This document shows positions 40,214-43,320 of a DNA stretch of 43,320 bases, piece by piece. This DNA comes from Candidatus Cloacimonadota bacterium (GTDB taxonomy: Bacteria > Cloacimonadota > Cloacimonadia > Cloacimonadales > WRIO01). The notes beneath the pieces are model-generated. The model was not told the DNA's origin. It was given only the letters and a program-made list of their open reading frames with translations, and did not search any database. The stretch spans positions 1 through 43,320 of the forward strand of contig JAKQQL010000019.1 of NCBI GenBank assembly GCA_029564175.1, written 5' to 3'. Both the position numbers and the translations under genes were made by a program. How positions within the stretch are numbered: position 1 is the first letter of the stretch; the number at the start of each line of letters is the position of its first letter.

Positions 40214-41113
40214 TTATTTATCAAATAATTCAGAAAAGATTTTATCTAATTGATAATCTAAATCTCCATTGAAGCTTTGATATGGGATTTTTAATTCTTT
40301 TAATATCTTTTCAAATCTTTTGTAACCATTTTCATTTCTCAACTCAACCCATTTCACTTCTAATTTATCTGCTTGTTGTTTAATGAGATCAGAAAGTTTA
40401 TCCGCAACAAAGATATCGCTTTCTCTAGCAAAAATAGCATCAGCACTTTCCGGATTTCCTTGCCCCATCAGTTTAACTTCACAACGATAATATTTTTTTT
40501 CTTTAATTAGATAAAAATCAACTTCTCTCAAGCTTTCAGGAATTTTGCTTTGGTCAAAATGCTTTAATGGAACACTAAAGATTTTACAAAGTGTTGTCAT
40601 TAAGTATTTCTCAACTCTTTTACCGGCAGTACTCCAGAATCCACCTCTTAGAGCAGCTCTTTTAACAGCTAAGGTATTGATTACAATTAGACTTTCATTA
40701 ATATTTAGTTCTACACTAACGCCATGAAATTTAATAGTTAAGGTTAAATCAATATCAGATTGACTTTCAATAAGATTTTTTATAGACTCATAAAGAACAT
40801 CATAATGTTCATTTGAGGCTTCAATAACTATCTCTTTTGATGCAGAATTATACATATTTTTTATAGTTTTTTTGTTTAATCCAGAATTTATTGCTATTTC
40901 ATCAGAACTTAAACTACTGTTCAAGAATGTATTCTTATACCAATCAATCGTTACATCTTCGTTTCCTAACTTTGCTTCAATCACTTTTTTAAAAAAATTT
41001 ATAGAAAATTGTAAAAATTCTGCATTTATTAATTGAATTACTTCAATTCTATAATCTTGTCCTTTTATAAGGCGTTTTATAATATTTATTACAACTTGAT
41101 CAGTTAATGTCAT
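40214..41113 (-). CDS. CfrBI-family type II restriction endonuclease
   Basis: GQDYR.EV...IN.EFL.F...FFK....AK, GLNKKTI.N, LAVKRAALRGG.WS.AGK.VEK, and the PD-(D/E)xK core REVDF...CEVKLMG.GNPESAD. Confidence 0.85.
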   Translation of the reverse strand: MTLTDQVVINIIKRLIKGQDYRIEVIQLINAEFLQFSINFFKKVIEAKLGNEDVTIDWYKNTFLNSSLSSDEIAINSGLNKKTIKNMYNSASKEIVIEASNEHYDVLYESIKNLIESQSDIDLTLTIKFHGVSVELNINESLIVINTLAVKRAALRGGFWSTAGKRVEKYLMTTLCKIFSVPLKHFDQSKIPESLREVDFYLIKEKKYYRCEVKLMGQGNPESADAIFARESDIFVADKLSDLIKQQADKLEVKWVELRNENGYKRFEKILKELKIPYQSFNGDLDYQLDKIFSELFDK

Positions 41114-42489
41114 TTCGCTACTCCTATAAATTGCTCGAGACTTAAAAATTTTGTTTCTCTTTCATCAAATATTGTTGATTGTTTTGATTTTGATCTCATA
41201 TATTCAAAATATTTGGGATCTTGTTCAGTTAAAAAAAATAATCTTCTTAATGCTTTTGCTGTTTTACCAACTGTTCCACTACCACCAAAGGGGTCAAAAA
41301 TTAAATCGCCAATATATGAATAATACTGTATCACTCTTTTACATAGTTCTACGGGAAAAATTGCTGAATGTACTTTATCAAAACAAGGATCTATTTTCCA
41401 AACATTAGTAGTTTCGAAACCATTTGTAACTTTACTTTCTTCTACTGTTTTGTTATCATAACTTCTTATATTCCAGTCCAATAACTTGTCAGTTGATTTT
41501 CTGTAGACCATTAAATATTCTGTAACTGAATTTGGTTTATATGCTAAAGGTTTACGATGTTGCATAAATCCACCAATTCTGTTTTTTACGCTTGCTTCCG
41601 GTTTCATCCAAACAATATCGTCAATAAATTCCCATCCTTGCTTTACTAAATAAGGATGTAAATCAAATGGTATTGGGTATCTTTTACTTGAATGTGAACG
41701 ACTTACACGCGGGATAATAATTGGAGAAGTGTTTACAATTAAAAAACGGCCTTCCTTAGTTATTCTGTGAGTTTCGCTGAATACTTTTTCCAAAAAATCT
41801 AAATAAGCCTGATAACTCGGATAAATTGAATAATCTCTTGCGTTATAGTATGGCGGTGACGTAAATGTTAAATGAACACTTTCATCAGGAACATATTTTA
41901 GAACTTCTAAAACATCTGCATTAACAACAATATTTTTTAGAAAATCAAATGTCTCTGGGTGTGAAAACTGGTCATCTTTTTGTTGATTTTTAGCAAAATA
42001 TTCTTTATAAATTATTGCTCTAACAATTTCATTCGTATGATTAATAAGCGGTTTAAGATGTTCTTCAACATCTTTGTCCTTTTCAAATATAAGCAGACCT
42101 CTAATAGCTTGGCAAACAATTTTTGGATCTTTATCATTTAGACACTCAAATAGAATTGGTTTATTTTGAGGTTTTCTTTGTCTCCCAATTGAAGAAATTA
42201 TTTCTCTCTTTACACTTGTGTCTGTTTCTTTTTTTAGAAGATCCGAAAGTTTAGATATATCAGATTTACCATTTAATTTACCAATATTCTTTACTGCGTT
42301 CAATCGTACTTGAGAATGTTGATGTTCAAGAAGATCATATAGAAATGAGCTATCAAATGTACTTGGCAATTGCCCAAGACTCTCAAGTATAAAGTTTATA
42401 GTACCTATATCTTGTTGTTTCCTAACTAAATCAGCAAGCTTTGCATTATCATTTTGTTTGAGTTCTGATATATATTCTTTTGTAATCAT
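41110..42489 (-). CDS. Beta-class amino DNA methyltransferase (SPPY, probably m4C) with an N-terminal HEAT-repeat domain
   Basis: Motif IV TSPPY precedes motif I DPFGGSGT; HSAIFP. The first ~165 aa contain HEAT repeats (LLEHQHSQVRLNAVKNIG, LLKKETDTSVKREIISSIG, LNDKDPKIVCQAIRGL). Confidence 0.9.
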   Translation of the reverse strand: MITKEYISELKQNDNAKLADLVRKQQDIGTINFILESLGQLPSTFDSSFLYDLLEHQHSQVRLNAVKNIGKLNGKSDISKLSDLLKKETDTSVKREIISSIGRQRKPQNKPILFECLNDKDPKIVCQAIRGLLIFEKDKDVEEHLKPLINHTNEIVRAIIYKEYFAKNQQKDDQFSHPETFDFLKNIVVNADVLEVLKYVPDESVHLTFTSPPYYNARDYSIYPSYQAYLDFLEKVFSETHRITKEGRFLIVNTSPIIIPRVSRSHSSKRYPIPFDLHPYLVKQGWEFIDDIVWMKPEASVKNRIGGFMQHRKPLAYKPNSVTEYLMVYRKSTDKLLDWNIRSYDNKTVEESKVTNGFETTNVWKIDPCFDKVHSAIFPVELCKRVIQYYSYIGDLIFDPFGGSGTVGKTAKALRRLFFLTEQDPKYFEYMRSKSKQSTIFDERETKFLSLEQFIGVAK

Positions 42490-42582
42490 TAACTAGTCCT
42501 TTTCTTTAATGTCAGCTCTTTATGGTAAAATTACCTCTTCTGTTTTTGTCAAGAGAAAAATTCTATATTTTCAGTTATCCCA

Positions 42583-42729
42583 AATCCAAACCCTATTTAG
42601 CAGTTTTAGGAAGGCTATACAAAAGGCAGTAATGAAGATTATCTTCTTTTCTCAGAGCTAAACCGGAGTTTTTCCGCAGTTTATAAAGAAGTATGTGAAG
42701 GCTTGTCAGTCATTGTAGTGACAAATTAG
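42583..42729 (+). pseudogene. Remnant of the C-terminal region of a paralogous P4/D5 helicase
   Basis: The frame from 42583 reads NPNPI*QF*EGYTKGSNEDYLLFSELNRSFSAVY and aligns without gaps to helicase DSNPFELFMESYTHGTEADSIRFNILYNKFRIFY, with 12 identities and 2 in-frame stops. Confidence 0.75.
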
Positions 42730-43009
42730 ACGAATAGTGACTTTTCTGAAGACATTAAAAACGTTTTGTCACCTTCATATCTTACTGAATAATAGTGTGT
42801 TATATAGCCAAAGTGACAAAGTGACAAATTTCTCTGTTTATATGCTTATATTTAAAAAATTATAAGTATTAGTTATGCTCACAGCTATGCAGAAATTTAC
42901 AACACTTTTCAAAGAAAAAAGTCACTTTGTCACTTTTGGACTATAACTGATTGATTTTAAAACATATAAGGTAGTGACAAATCGATTGATCTATATATTT
43001 TTTTGTCAC
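42718..43009. repeat. Origin-like dyad element B of GTGAC(A) / (T)GTCAC repeats with an IHF-like site
   Basis: Perfect 16-bp inverted repeat AAAGTGACAAAGTGAC (42810-42825) / GTCACTTTGTCACTTT (42921-42936). Further units at 42718, 42737, 42767, 42974 and 43004. TAACTGATTGATT (42944-42956) matches the IHF consensus YAANNNNTTGATW. Confidence 0.8.
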
Positions 43010-43020
43010 ACAATGAGGAG

Positions 43021-43114
43021 AAAAGCCTTTTTCTTAAAAAGAGGCCATTGACCCTATTTCAGGGAGTCATAAGTTTATGCCAGATGTGATAATTTGTGTG
43101 CTGTATTTTATCCT
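43021..43114 (+). pseudogene. Short remnants of a paralogous Toprim primase
   Basis: 43021-43065 encodes KSLFLKKRPLTLFQG versus primase KTLYLPDTPLMMFQG (39693-39737). GTCATAAGTTTATGC (43066) matches primase GTGATAAATTTATGC at 13/15, and is followed by a FYP-encoding TATTTTATCC. Confidence 0.55.
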
Positions 43115-43120
43115 CTGACA

Positions 43121-43152
43121 GATAAGGAAGGTATAAGGATAGAATAAGGAAA
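43121..43152. repeat. Dispersed 32-bp 11-bp-phased motif, copy 3 (opposite orientation)
   Basis: GATAAGGAAGGTATAAGGATAGAATAAGGAAA; its reverse complement is 30/32 identical to copy 1. Confidence 0.85.
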
Positions 43153-43240
43153 TACTTTAGCAGAGTAACACATATTTTCGTGCCTTTTTGTGATTATAAA
43201 TAACTCAAAACACAAAACGACCAGGAGGTACATTTAATTG

Positions 43241-43298
43241 TGAATGATAAATGATGAATGATAAATGAGTTAAATTCCCCTCCGATGGAGGGGAATTT
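43241..43298. repeat. Heptamer tandem repeat followed by a perfect REP-like palindrome
   Basis: (TGAATGA TAAATGA)x2 at 43241-43268; AAATTCCCCTCC-GAT-GGAGGGGAATTT at 43272-43298. Confidence 0.7.
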
Positions 43299-43320
43299 GT
43301 TCTTTTTTCGTGTTTTTCGT

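Larger units (their letters stand above)
35813..43320. mobile_element. Accessory island: helicase-ori-primase replication module with R-M cargo and a decayed second module; right boundary undefined
   Basis: Abrupt switch from housekeeping genes to P4/D5 helicase, Toprim primase, iteron-like repeats and a very AT-rich R-M pair. No integrase or att repeat is visible. Confidence 0.65.

Noticed and set aside
1740..41408. Numerous short ORF-track entries overlapping larger genes (e.g. 4964-5323, 17869-18243, 35449-35796, 37167-37475, 39120-39455)
   Set aside because: They are antisense or alternate-frame shadows of well-supported genes, with no RBS or recognisable motif.
38698..43009. CRISPR array or transposon terminal inverted repeats as an explanation of the GTGACA repeats
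   Set aside because: The units are 6-16 bp, occur in both orientations and lack regular unique spacers. No cas or transposase gene is present, and A and B are in the same orientation.

Overview
AT-rich bacterial chromosomal window. The gene content and sequence style suggest an anaerobe such as Candidatus Cloacimonadota; this is inference, not a database result. Positions ~1-35.8 kb are mostly housekeeping: an SGNH lipoprotein, a MarR-OsmC-thioredoxin operon, YitT, apbE, folE2, an M16 peptidase, a dehydratase activase, a PHP phosphatase, udk, dnaX, potABC, tRNA-Ile2(CAT), map, gpsA, mtgA, a cold-shock protein, ygiQ, dapB, dapF and a fused radical SAM protein. Within it, ~10.3-15.2 kb is a cluster of apparently catalytically dead signalling proteins: HDOD, a BcsE-like ATPase*-REC*-GGDEF* protein, a pseudo-receiver and a PelD-like GAF-GGDEF*. 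From ~35.8 kb to the end is an accessory island with no integrase in the window. It contains a putative winged-helix regulator divergent from a P4/D5-family SF3 helicase, a dyad-symmetric GTGACA-repeat origin-like element, a CHC2-Toprim primase, and a CfrBI-family restriction-modification pair whose methyltransferase carries N-terminal HEAT repeats. These are followed by a miniature decayed copy of the helicase-ori-primase module, in which the origin-like element keeps the same motif spacing while the flanking genes survive only as fragments. A 32-bp motif made of 11-bp-phased TCCTTAT units occurs in three distant intergenic regions.
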